A stretch of DNA of 26,737 nucleotides, taken from Candidatus Tenderia sp. GTDB lineage: Bacteria; Pseudomonadota; Gammaproteobacteria; Tenderiales; Tenderiaceae. The notes below the pieces were generated by a model, which searched no databases, had not been told where the DNA came from, and worked only from the letters and a program-made list of their open reading frames with translations. Of this stretch, positions 7,639 through 15,304 are shown one piece after another. The translations under genes and the position numbers were made by a program. The stretch lies in the NCBI GenBank assembly GCA_031416075.1, contig JANOSY010000012.1, positions 1-26,737 of the forward strand, read 5' to 3'. Position 1 is the first letter of the stretch; the number at the start of each line of letters is the position of its first letter.

Positions 7639-10350
7639 ATGTTAACCATTACCCGATACGCTGCTTCATTCATGACCATGCTGTTTTCGCTCGCCGCCGC
7701 TGCTTCTACCCCACCCGCACCTACGCTAGCCGAAGTCTCATCCAGGCTCGCCACCATGCAAGTGCCGTTTATACCCAACGGCGGACAGTGGGATAAACAA
7801 GCCGCGTTCGCAGCGCACACTTTTGCCGGAACACTGTTTGTCACTACCGAGGGCAAGCTGGTGTACAGCCTACCCGGCAAGCCCCAGGCAGATCAGTCTC
7901 AGCCAGATCAGCCCAAGATGAAGGGTTCCGCTGACAGAGGTACCGCTGACAGAGATAAAAACGCAGGCAAACACCTCCGCAAGCAAACCACCCCCGGCTG
8001 GGTGCTGACCGAAACTTTCATCGGCACTAACCACCAGCCGCTCGCGGTCAAGCCTGCGGGCTATCGTCCCGCGCAGGCCAAAGCCAGTTACATGATTGGT
8101 GCCAATAATCCCCAAGGCAGCCGCCATACAAAACCCCTCGATAGTTTTGAGCGGGTGCGTCTGGGCGAGGTGTTCAAGGGCGTGGAAGTTGAGTTACGCG
8201 CCACCGGCAGCAATGTCGAAAAAATCTTCACCGTCAAGCCGCACCAGGACCCCAAACAAATTCGCCTGCGTGTGGCGGGCGCAAACAAATTGGCGCTGGG
8301 CAAGCGCGGCGAACTGATCGTTCAGACCGGTAACGGGCCAGTCACCTACACCGCGCCGATTGCCTATCAGGAAGACGCGAACGGCAAGCGCAGCGAAATT
8401 AAAGTGGCTTATGCGCTCAACACCGCCACCCACAGCTATGGCTTTAAGGTGGGTGATTACAACCCCGGCCAGGCATTGGTAATTGATCCGCTGTTGCAAT
8501 CCACTTATCTGGGTGGCGCGGGGACTGATTTCGCTGCGGCTCTGGCCATTCACCCTGCCAGCGGTGACGTGTATGTGGCGGGCAGTACCGCCTCGACTGC
8601 CTTCCCTGGCACGGGCGGTGGGGCGCAGCCCGCCCAGGCTGGCGGCACTGAGGAGGGGGATGTTTTTGTCAGTCGCTTCAACGCCAGCCTCACGACGCTC
8701 GTGCAATCCACTTATCTGGGCGGTGCGGAGGATGACTACGTCAGCGCCCTTGCCATACACCCCACCAGCGGCGACGTGTATGTCGCGGGCAGTACCTATT
8801 CGTCCACCTTCCCCGGTACTGTCGGCGGCGCGCAGCCAGCCCATGTGGGTGACGCGGATGCCTTTGTCAGCCGCTTCAACGCCAGCCTCACGACGCTCGT
8901 GCAATCCACTTATCTGGGCGGCGCGGGGTATAACAACGCCTCCGCCCTTGCCATCCACCCCACCAGCGGCGAGGTGTATGTCGCGGGCAATACCGATTCG
9001 ACCACCTTCCCCGGCACGGGCGGCGGGGCGCAGCCAGCCTCTGCTGGTGGGTCTGTTCTCGGTGATGATGCCTTTATCAGCCGCTTCAACACCAGCCTCA
9101 CGACGCTCGTGCAATCCACTTATCTGGGCGGTGCGGGGAATGACTACGCCTGGGCACTTGCCATCCACCCCACCAGCGGCGAAGTGTATGTGGCGGGTGA
9201 GACAGGCTCGCCCATATTTCCCGCTACCCTGGGTGGGGCGCAGCCCGTCTATGCGTTGGGCGATGATGCCTTTGTTAGCCGTTTCAACGCCAGTCTCACG
9301 ATGCTCGCACAGTCCACTTATCTGGGGGGTGTGGTGAGCGACACCGCCTACGCCCTTGTGATTCACCCCACCAGCGGAGAGGTGTATGTGGCGGGGAATA
9401 CCGCATCGACCACATTCCCCGGCACCGCTGGCGGGGCGCAGCCAGCCCATGCTGGCGGTACTTTCCCTGAGGATGCCTTCGTCAGCCGCTTCAACACCAG
9501 TCTCACCATGCTCACGCAATCCACATATCTGGGCGGCGCGGGTGGTGATGCCGCCTACGCCCTTGCCATACACCCCACCAGCGGCGAGGTGTATGTGGCG
9601 GGTTCAACCGGCTCACCCACCTTCCCCGGTACCGCTGGCGGGGCTGGGGCGCAGGACTGTACGTTAATCAGCTGTACTAATGCCTTTATCAGCCGCTTCA
9701 ACACCAGTCTCACGACGCTCGCGCAATCCACTTATCTGGGCGGCTCGGAGAAGGATGCCGCCTACGCCCTTGCCATACACCCCGCCAGCGGAGATATGTA
9801 TGTTGCGGGTGGAACCAGTTCGACCATCTTTCCCGCCATCTCCGGTGGTGCGCAGACGGTTTACGCGGGGGGCACGAGCTTGGCTAGTAACGATGCCTTT
9901 GTCACTCGCATCTCACGCTCACTTGCCCTCGTTGACACCCCTGCATCGACTGTCCCCGGCGCGCCCGTGATCGGCACCGCCAGCGCAGGTAATGCCCAGG
10001 CCACCGTGAGCTTCACTGCCCCGGCCAGTAACGGCGGGTCGGCGATCACCAGCTACACTGTCACCTCATCCCCCGGCGGCATCACCGCCACCGGCGCGGC
10101 ATCGCCGATCACGGTGACGGGTCTGACCAACGGTACGGCCTACACGTTCACCGTAACAGCCAGCAACGCGGTAGGCCCGAGTGCGGCTTCGGGCGCTTCA
10201 AACAGCGTAATGCCCACCGCTGCCGAACCCGTTCCGACAAGCGATGGAGGCGGCGGCGGTGGCGGCAGCACTTCTGCATCCATGCTCCTGGCGCTGTCGG
10301 GGCTTTACTGGTGGCGCCGTCGCAGCAATAAATGTAGATGGGTGAAATGA
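7639..10350 (+). CDS. Secreted SBBP-repeat beta-propeller protein with FN3 domain and GlyGly-CTERM anchor
   Basis: GGAG RBS and signal peptide; F.PNGGQ N-terminal domain ending in LVIDP; seven QSTYLGG..A.ALAIHP.SG.VYVAG repeats; FN3 (PASNGGSAITSYTV..GLTNGTAYTFTVTA); GGGGGGGS-hydrophobic-WWRRR tail. Confidence 0.88.
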   Translation: MLTITRYAASFMTMLFSLAAAASTPPAPTLAEVSSRLATMQVPFIPNGGQWDKQAAFAAHTFAGTLFVTTEGKLVYSLPGKPQADQSQPDQPKMKGSADRGTADRDKNAGKHLRKQTTPGWVLTETFIGTNHQPLAVKPAGYRPAQAKASYMIGANNPQGSRHTKPLDSFERVRLGEVFKGVEVELRATGSNVEKIFTVKPHQDPKQIRLRVAGANKLALGKRGELIVQTGNGPVTYTAPIAYQEDANGKRSEIKVAYALNTATHSYGFKVGDYNPGQALVIDPLLQSTYLGGAGTDFAAALAIHPASGDVYVAGSTASTAFPGTGGGAQPAQAGGTEEGDVFVSRFNASLTTLVQSTYLGGAEDDYVSALAIHPTSGDVYVAGSTYSSTFPGTVGGAQPAHVGDADAFVSRFNASLTTLVQSTYLGGAGYNNASALAIHPTSGEVYVAGNTDSTTFPGTGGGAQPASAGGSVLGDDAFISRFNTSLTTLVQSTYLGGAGNDYAWALAIHPTSGEVYVAGETGSPIFPATLGGAQPVYALGDDAFVSRFNASLTMLAQSTYLGGVVSDTAYALVIHPTSGEVYVAGNTASTTFPGTAGGAQPAHAGGTFPEDAFVSRFNTSLTMLTQSTYLGGAGGDAAYALAIHPTSGEVYVAGSTGSPTFPGTAGGAGAQDCTLISCTNAFISRFNTSLTTLAQSTYLGGSEKDAAYALAIHPASGDMYVAGGTSSTIFPAISGGAQTVYAGGTSLASNDAFVTRISRSLALVDTPASTVPGAPVIGTASAGNAQATVSFTAPASNGGSAITSYTVTSSPGGITATGAASPITVTGLTNGTAYTFTVTASNAVGPSAASGASNSVMPTAAEPVPTSDGGGGGGGSTSASMLLALSGLYWWRRRSNKCRWVK
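8497..9915 (+). repeat. Seven intragenic tandem repeats of 198-210 bp
   Basis: CAATCCACTTATCTGGG-type units start at 8497, 8704, 8902, 9112, 9310, 9517 and 9724. Confidence 0.92.
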
Positions 10351-10521
10351 AATGGAACCCATCAATACTAATGACAAAATATGAAAGGTGGATGAGGATT
10401 GAAATTCCATGGTCGATGATGGTTGTCTCGGCCGATTTTGGGAATGATGGGTTGCGCTGGTCTCCACCCATCCTACGGGCTACCCCTAGTGGGTGTGGGT
10501 GACAACCGGATAGGCAAGGTG
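10334..10521 (+). repeat. Composite REP element, copy 3 (REP-B pair plus extension; lacks REP-A)
   Basis: Near-identical to 6780-6971; supplies the TGA stop of the SBBP gene. Confidence 0.9.
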
Positions 10522-10678
10522 ATTTTATCGCTGCCACGCCCACTGGCACGGCATAAGGACCGGCAAAAAATATTCAACCGTAAATACACCACTGACTGAT
10601 GACGGGAAGGCACCGAAGGCAGGGCCATACATTGAGTCACCGGCACTGCCCTTGGGGTGCCCTCCTTCGTGGGTGTTG

Positions 10679-11803
10679 TCAGTTTATATTGTAAATCTTA
10701 AAGGTAGTGAGTTTGAGTTCGACAGCCACTTTGTCGTTGCGCAACCACACCGTGAAGTCGTGGCCGGCGTCGTTTTTAACCATGCGCATCTCCAGTTGCA
10801 GCGGCTGGTTGTGGCTGCCGAGTTTTTTAAAGGCGGCGACTATTTCACCTTCGTTAAAATTCAGCGTCATTGAGCGCCCCCGAGCCCCGTTGGGCGGCAT
10901 CCAGATGTAACTCAACTCTTTGGGCACGGGGCGGGTAGTCGCGGCGAGGGCGGGGGCCAGTGGGGTGTAGAGATAGTCACTCTCGCCGTTGAAATAGGTG
11001 ATGTCCTCGATCAGCCCATCTTCCACCAACATCCCGGTAAACAGCGGCTGCCAGTGGTACTGCGTGCGGTAGCTCTCCCATAGACCGAAGGGAACGCCAT
11101 TTTTGAGCAGTGCCTCCAGGGCCTCCTGCTGTTTTTGCTCTTTCTGTGGACCCTCGATCATTTCGCCGTCGGGGGTGACGAAGGAATCGAGGATAACCAT
11201 GCGGATATACTGCTCCCGTGTGAGGCTCGTGGAACGAGTCACGATCTCCCAATCCTTCTCTACCTTCTCGGCGTGGCCAAAAAAGACCTCGGTGGTTTTA
11301 TCGATGCCCCTCAGCCACACCGCCACCGCACCGCCGGGGGCAACGCCAACGATAACGGTGCTGTAGGTGGTACGGCCATTGTCACTCTCTGTTTTCCAAT
11401 TAGCCTTTGAAGGGCTGTAGTACCCCTCTTTAAACAGTCTGAGGATCTTGTCATAGGGCAGCTCAAAGATGCCCTGATAAAACTGGTTTTCGGTGTAGGA
11501 GAAAAAGCTGATAGCCAGCCGGTTGGGCAGCGGCTTGCGGTCGGGCCCCACCACATGCCCGGAGACGCCCCGGCCCCAGCCGCCGTCGACTCTTCTGTGG
11601 TCCGGCACGGAGAGTCCCCCGCTGCCGTCATGATAAGCAAGGCTGCCGCCGATGAGATAGCTAGCATAGTTAAACGGCGCGCTTTCGCTGGCCTGCCAGT
11701 CAAACTTGTTTGTAAACCTGTCCATTTTTGCCCCTAAAGTACAGCCTGCCGTGGTTAAAAACAGGAGTGTCGATCCAATTGCCCAGCGCATAATTTTAGC
11801 CAT
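10679..11803 (-). CDS. DUF2931-family lipoprotein, putative Tle1 immunity protein
   Basis: Lipobox LTTAGC; LPNRLAISFFSYTENQFY and IVGVAPGGAVAVWL motifs; overlaps the 3' end of the Tle1 gene. Confidence 0.85.
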   Translation of the reverse strand: MAKIMRWAIGSTLLFLTTAGCTLGAKMDRFTNKFDWQASESAPFNYASYLIGGSLAYHDGSGGLSVPDHRRVDGGWGRGVSGHVVGPDRKPLPNRLAISFFSYTENQFYQGIFELPYDKILRLFKEGYYSPSKANWKTESDNGRTTYSTVIVGVAPGGAVAVWLRGIDKTTEVFFGHAEKVEKDWEIVTRSTSLTREQYIRMVILDSFVTPDGEMIEGPQKEQKQQEALEALLKNGVPFGLWESYRTQYHWQPLFTGMLVEDGLIEDITYFNGESDYLYTPLAPALAATTRPVPKELSYIWMPPNGARGRSMTLNFNEGEIVAAFKKLGSHNQPLQLEMRMVKNDAGHDFTVWLRNDKVAVELKLTTFKIYNIN

Positions 11804-13334
11804 CGTAGGTCATCCTGGTACGTTTGCCGCCGCTGATGCGTGGAGCATAGCCAGGCTCCATGCGGGCAGAGAAGTGTAGGTAGCGATGACGCAACTCGCG
11901 CAGCCAGGGTTCATTGTGGCGCCAGTCGCTGGCTCTGGATATATATGTGGAGGCGATATAGGCCTCAATCCGGTCCCGCACCTCATGCAACGGCTCTGGC
12001 ACCGCTTCATCTCTATCGAACTCTGGTATGAACAGAAGCCCCTTGTCACGGGCATGGCGGGCCATGATCTGCAGCGGAATCTGGCTGTAGCCATTGCCGA
12101 TGTTACTGCGCTCTGCCCGTAGCGCCCGGCGCTCGACAAGCTGTGGGCCCCCGCTTTCGGCGTGAATGTAATAGTCATTGTTTTCTATTTTTATCTCATC
12201 CTCCCCGCCCGGCACGCCAGCCCGATACCAGCCAGCGGCAATAAGCTGCTGCCTATCAGCCTCCATCTCCTGCAGGGAGAGATCGCTGCCCTGGAGCACA
12301 AAACCGATCAGGCCGACATTGCCAAGCAGGTAATTCTTTTCACTGCCGGCATCGCGGTAACCCCCCCCAATATCTGAATGCGAACCCGGCAGAAAAAACT
12401 GTTTGCCCTTGCCGCAGGCACTCTCGATCGTAGTGAGTGAAAAATGGAAGCGGTGTTCATCGGCAGCGGCCAGCTGCAGCGTCGCTTCGGCGTGGGCAAC
12501 GGCGTACAGGTGCAGCTCCTGGACGTTGTTGGCGATGCCGCGCCTGATATTATTCACCCCTTTAAGGTCAGAGGCGTAGGTGGAGACGGTGTCAAACAGC
12601 CCGGCAAAACAGATAGTGACCTTGATGACGGTGTAACCTTTAGCCTCCAGACGCGCCTGGAGACATCGCTCCTCATCCCCGCCACCAAACAGCAGTTCGT
12701 GAATAAGTTTACGCGCTGCGGCGGCGCCACGACTGAAGCCGTAGACCCCGATGACGATCTCGTCGATGATCAGACGCTTGCTCTTTTTGACCTGCTCGAT
12801 GATCTGTTTCATCATTTCGAGAATCCCTTTCTCCACCTTATCGAGAATGCCTGCGCGCCAGATCAGAATGGAGGTGCCCAGGGCGTAACCGGCCATTTCG
12901 TCACCCGCTAGATCCTCACTGCCCACCCCTTCGATGTAGGCTTTTAATCTATACTTATAATCACCACCAGCAGCGATGGCTTTCACATTACGTTCCATTC
13001 GGACGATATTGGTGTAATACCCTTCGTAGCTGTTTTCACTCTTGCTGGGCGGCGGCGCGCCATGTTTTTGATAGGCTTTGACGGCCGTCTGGCGCTGATC
13101 CGCTGACATCTTGCTTTGCAAATCCAGGGCGGCTTTGCGCTCTTCGTCCGTCAGGTACTGCTTATTGTCTAGCGCCTCTTTTTCCAGCATGGTCACCAGC
13201 CGCGCCTCGATGTTGCTGCGGTTGTTCAGGGTGCCGTCGTTGAAGATGTCAAAACGGATTTTAATGTGCTCTTTACCGTCGTTCTCCACCTCGGGTTCTG
13301 GTGGGGTGTAGGACGCTTCTCCTATCTGAGACAT
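11796..13334 (-). CDS. Tle1-like (DUF2235) phospholipase effector
   Basis: FNDGTLNN, YIEGVGS, GFSRG nucleophile elbow, GLFDTV, DEHRFHF and LPGSHSDIGGGY give a complete Ser-Asp-His set; AGGAG RBS upstream. Confidence 0.9.
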   Translation of the reverse strand: MSQIGEASYTPPEPEVENDGKEHIKIRFDIFNDGTLNNRSNIEARLVTMLEKEALDNKQYLTDEERKAALDLQSKMSADQRQTAVKAYQKHGAPPPSKSENSYEGYYTNIVRMERNVKAIAAGGDYKYRLKAYIEGVGSEDLAGDEMAGYALGTSILIWRAGILDKVEKGILEMMKQIIEQVKKSKRLIIDEIVIGVYGFSRGAAAARKLIHELLFGGGDEERCLQARLEAKGYTVIKVTICFAGLFDTVSTYASDLKGVNNIRRGIANNVQELHLYAVAHAEATLQLAAADEHRFHFSLTTIESACGKGKQFFLPGSHSDIGGGYRDAGSEKNYLLGNVGLIGFVLQGSDLSLQEMEADRQQLIAAGWYRAGVPGGEDEIKIENNDYYIHAESGGPQLVERRALRAERSNIGNGYSQIPLQIMARHARDKGLLFIPEFDRDEAVPEPLHEVRDRIEAYIASTYISRASDWRHNEPWLRELRHRYLHFSARMEPGYAPRISGGKRTRMTYDG

Positions 13335-13354
13335 CTCTGTCGCTCCTTAATCTG

Positions 13355-13957
13355 TTACTGAAGTTTTTGATTGCTGAACTGTTTGGCGGTCTCTTCATCA
13401 ACACTGACGGTCGTATCGATTCTCACATTGCTTAAAATCGGCGTGCCATATTTGGCCCAATTTTTATCCCAGGTTTTTACCGGGCTTTCAAAAATAAAGA
13501 CGTGGAGAGTATCTATGTCGGTACTGGCCATGATGAACTTGTGGACAATGATCGGCTTTTGTCCGGACGGGGCGTCTTTATACCTCAGAAATGTACGGTC
13601 GAAATAGCCGTCCGTATCCTGTTCAAGAAAAATTATCTTTTTTGTGCGTTCATTCAGGTGGGGATTCAGGTAGACATCAACCATCTGTTTTGCATCCACT
13701 CCGATAATCTTCTGCGTGTCGCGGATAACCTGAAGCGTAAATCCCATCTCAAATTGCTGGGTTTCAGAAAACCACTCGGGACTGGCGGAGTAGCTAGTGA
13801 CCGGAAAGGGGTTGCCGGTTTCAATACGCTCACGTTCGTACCACGATACTGGTTTGAGAAAGGTGGCATCGCCGTACAACTTCCATGCAAACCCCGCTGG
13901 CGGGGTGGACAGTTGCGACTGCGCCCTGACTGCTGCTTGAATGTAATCTTTATCCAT
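13355..13957 (-). CDS. Hypothetical protein, possibly PsbP/Mog1/DcrB-like fold
   Basis: GAGG RBS before ATG at 13957 (the ORF track starts at TTG 14005). FLKPVSWY near the N-terminus and HVFIFESP..WD..W...G.PILSNVRI at the C-terminus suggest the fold. Lies 20 nt upstream of the Tle1 gene. Confidence 0.65.
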   Translation of the reverse strand: MDKDYIQAAVRAQSQLSTPPAGFAWKLYGDATFLKPVSWYERERIETGNPFPVTSYSASPEWFSETQQFEMGFTLQVIRDTQKIIGVDAKQMVDVYLNPHLNERTKKIIFLEQDTDGYFDRTFLRYKDAPSGQKPIIVHKFIMASTDIDTLHVFIFESPVKTWDKNWAKYGTPILSNVRIDTTVSVDEETAKQFSNQKLQ

Positions 13958-14056
13958 TGTCCTCTCACTCCATCTGCCGTTACTTGACCGGATTGTAGCA
14001 AACAAGTCACATGGCGATTGTGGTCAGGATGGTTGGTGGTCACATCGCTGGCGGAA

Positions 14057-14119
14057 CCCGTAGGTCCGATTAGCCCTGCGTAATCGGACGCATGTAAAAT
14101 AGTCACCAGCTGATCAAAC
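14057..14119 (+). repeat. Composite REP element, copy 4 (REP-A plus linker) directly upstream of the RAYT stub
   Basis: CCCGTAG GTCCGATTA gccctgcg TAATCGGAC GCATGTAAAATAGTCACCAGCTGATCAAAC aligns with 6709-6770. Confidence 0.88.
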
Positions 14120-14135
14120 GAATGGAAAACGGCAT

Positions 14136-14204
14136 ATGCCCAACTATCGTCGCGCCTTTATTCCGGGCGGCACATGGTTCTTTACCGTTAATCTGTTGGA
14201 GTAA
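14136..14204 (+). pseudogene. REP-associated tyrosine transposase (RAYT/TnpA-REP) 5' remnant
   Basis: Translates as MPNYRRAFIPGGTWFFTVNLLE*, the characteristic RAYT N-terminus. Stop at codon 23 and no recognisable continuation. Absent from the ORF track. Confidence 0.85.
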
Positions 14205-14324
14205 CGTGGCAATTTCGCCGTTTTTGTAGCTTGAGAGGTTTTACTGTCCAGCGCCGTCATCCGTTGGTATGATCCTCCCACCTCACTTCTGAGGCTCATT
14301 AAGACAAGGTGTTAATGGAATAAC

Positions 14325-14870
14325 ATGGCGTCCCTTGCCCAGCTCACCCTTCGTACTCTTTTGTTGCCAGCGCTCATCCTCTTGAGCAGCGGTTGTAGCT
14401 TAATGCCTGACTATCCGGCGCGCTATATTGAAGCACCGATGACTCCGGAGGGAGTGGAGGAGCCAGAGGAGGTCGCGGTGAGTGGTGATGAGCAGGCCCC
14501 AAACAGGCTGCTGGCCCGACTCTATAAACAGCATGATGAGTGGCGTGGGGTGAAATACAGAATGGGTGGCATGAGCAAAAGTGGCACTGATTGCTCCGGT
14601 TTTGTGAAGCTGACATTTGCCTCTCTGTTTGATCTTGAGCTGCCACGTAGCACCCATCAACAGGTCAAGGCGGGTATTGATGTGAATGTTGCTGATTTGC
14701 AGAGTGGCGATCTAGTCTTTTTTAAAATCAATAAACGGACGCAGCACGTCGGCATCTATCTTGAGGAGAGCAAATTTCTGCACGCCTCCACCAGTCGTGG
14801 TGTGATGGTCTCCAGCATGACACACCCCTACTGGCAGAGCCGTTATTGGAAATCGGTTCGGGTTAGCTAA
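14325..14870 (+). CDS. NlpC/P60 lipoprotein (MepS/NlpC-like endopeptidase)
   Basis: Lipobox LSSGC; WRGVKYRMGG, DCSGFV, LPRST, GDLVFF, HVGIY, FLHASTSRGV. Confidence 0.93.
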   Translation: MASLAQLTLRTLLLPALILLSSGCSLMPDYPARYIEAPMTPEGVEEPEEVAVSGDEQAPNRLLARLYKQHDEWRGVKYRMGGMSKSGTDCSGFVKLTFASLFDLELPRSTHQQVKAGIDVNVADLQSGDLVFFKINKRTQHVGIYLEESKFLHASTSRGVMVSSMTHPYWQSRYWKSVRVS

Positions 14871-14894
14871 ACTTTTTAGGTGCTCTATTGTGAT

Positions 14895-14930
14895 AAAAGG
14901 CCACTCCGGCGTACGTTGGGGTGGCCTTTT
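14895..14930 (+). terminator. Rho-independent terminator, potentially bidirectional
   Basis: AAAAGGCCACTCC..GGGGTGGCCTTTT hairpin 24 nt after the NlpC stop. Confidence 0.75.
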
Positions 14931-15077
14931 GGTTGTTAGCACGGGCAGTGGCATTACCCCACTGTTGGACTAGTATTAAAGTGTGTGGGGTTTTCGGGAG
15001 GGGATGGCTGCCCTTCACTAATGGTGATGGTGGGCCGATAGCCTAAGTGAGGATGTGGAAAACCGAGGAGAGCAATC

Positions 15078-15254
15078 ATGAGAGATTCATTTATCAGTTC
15101 AACGGACCATCAACACCCAGGTAAGGAAGAGTGCTGCGACCTTTATGGTGAGTATTGCTACCCCTGTCATGCCCCTGCTGTGACCGTAACGGACAAAGAG
15201 AAGCAGAAAAAGCAGCGCAAAAGCGCGCCAGTGACGCCAGCCAAAAACAGCTAA
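15078..15254 (+). CDS. Small Cys-rich protein (58 aa) with a CxxCH motif
   Basis: GAGGAG RBS; MRDSFISSTDHQHPGKEECCDLYGEYCYPCHAPAVTVTDKEKQKKQRKSAPVTPAKNS*. Fills the intergenic gap and falls below the ORF-track cutoff. Confidence 0.55.
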   Translation: MRDSFISSTDHQHPGKEECCDLYGEYCYPCHAPAVTVTDKEKQKKQRKSAPVTPAKNS

Positions 15255-15304
15255 CAGGCTGATAGATATCTAATTCTGGCTACGAGCTGCCGGGGTTTAC
15301 TTAC

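Noticed and set aside
8194-9573. 459-aa antisense ORF (also 8483-9337, 17555-18556 and the ORFs opposite tex)
   Set aside because: Shadow frames of GC-rich or repetitive real genes with no recognisable motifs.
8497-9915. Diversity-generating retroelement TR/VR
   Set aside because: Repeats are in-frame propeller blades, differences are not adenine-specific, and there is no reverse transcriptase. The same holds for 23329-24048.
10543-10558. Sigma-54 promoter (TGGCACG)
   Set aside because: No TTGC at the -12 position and no downstream + strand gene.
4609-14119. Recurrent repeats read as a CRISPR array or a true integron
   Set aside because: Units are about 200 bp with kilobase spacing; no cas or intI gene and no complete attC. 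GTAG-hairpin structure and the RAYT stub identify them as REPs.
14995-15045. Fluoride or other riboswitch
   Set aside because: Only a GATGG fragment matches; the pseudoknot pairing is absent.
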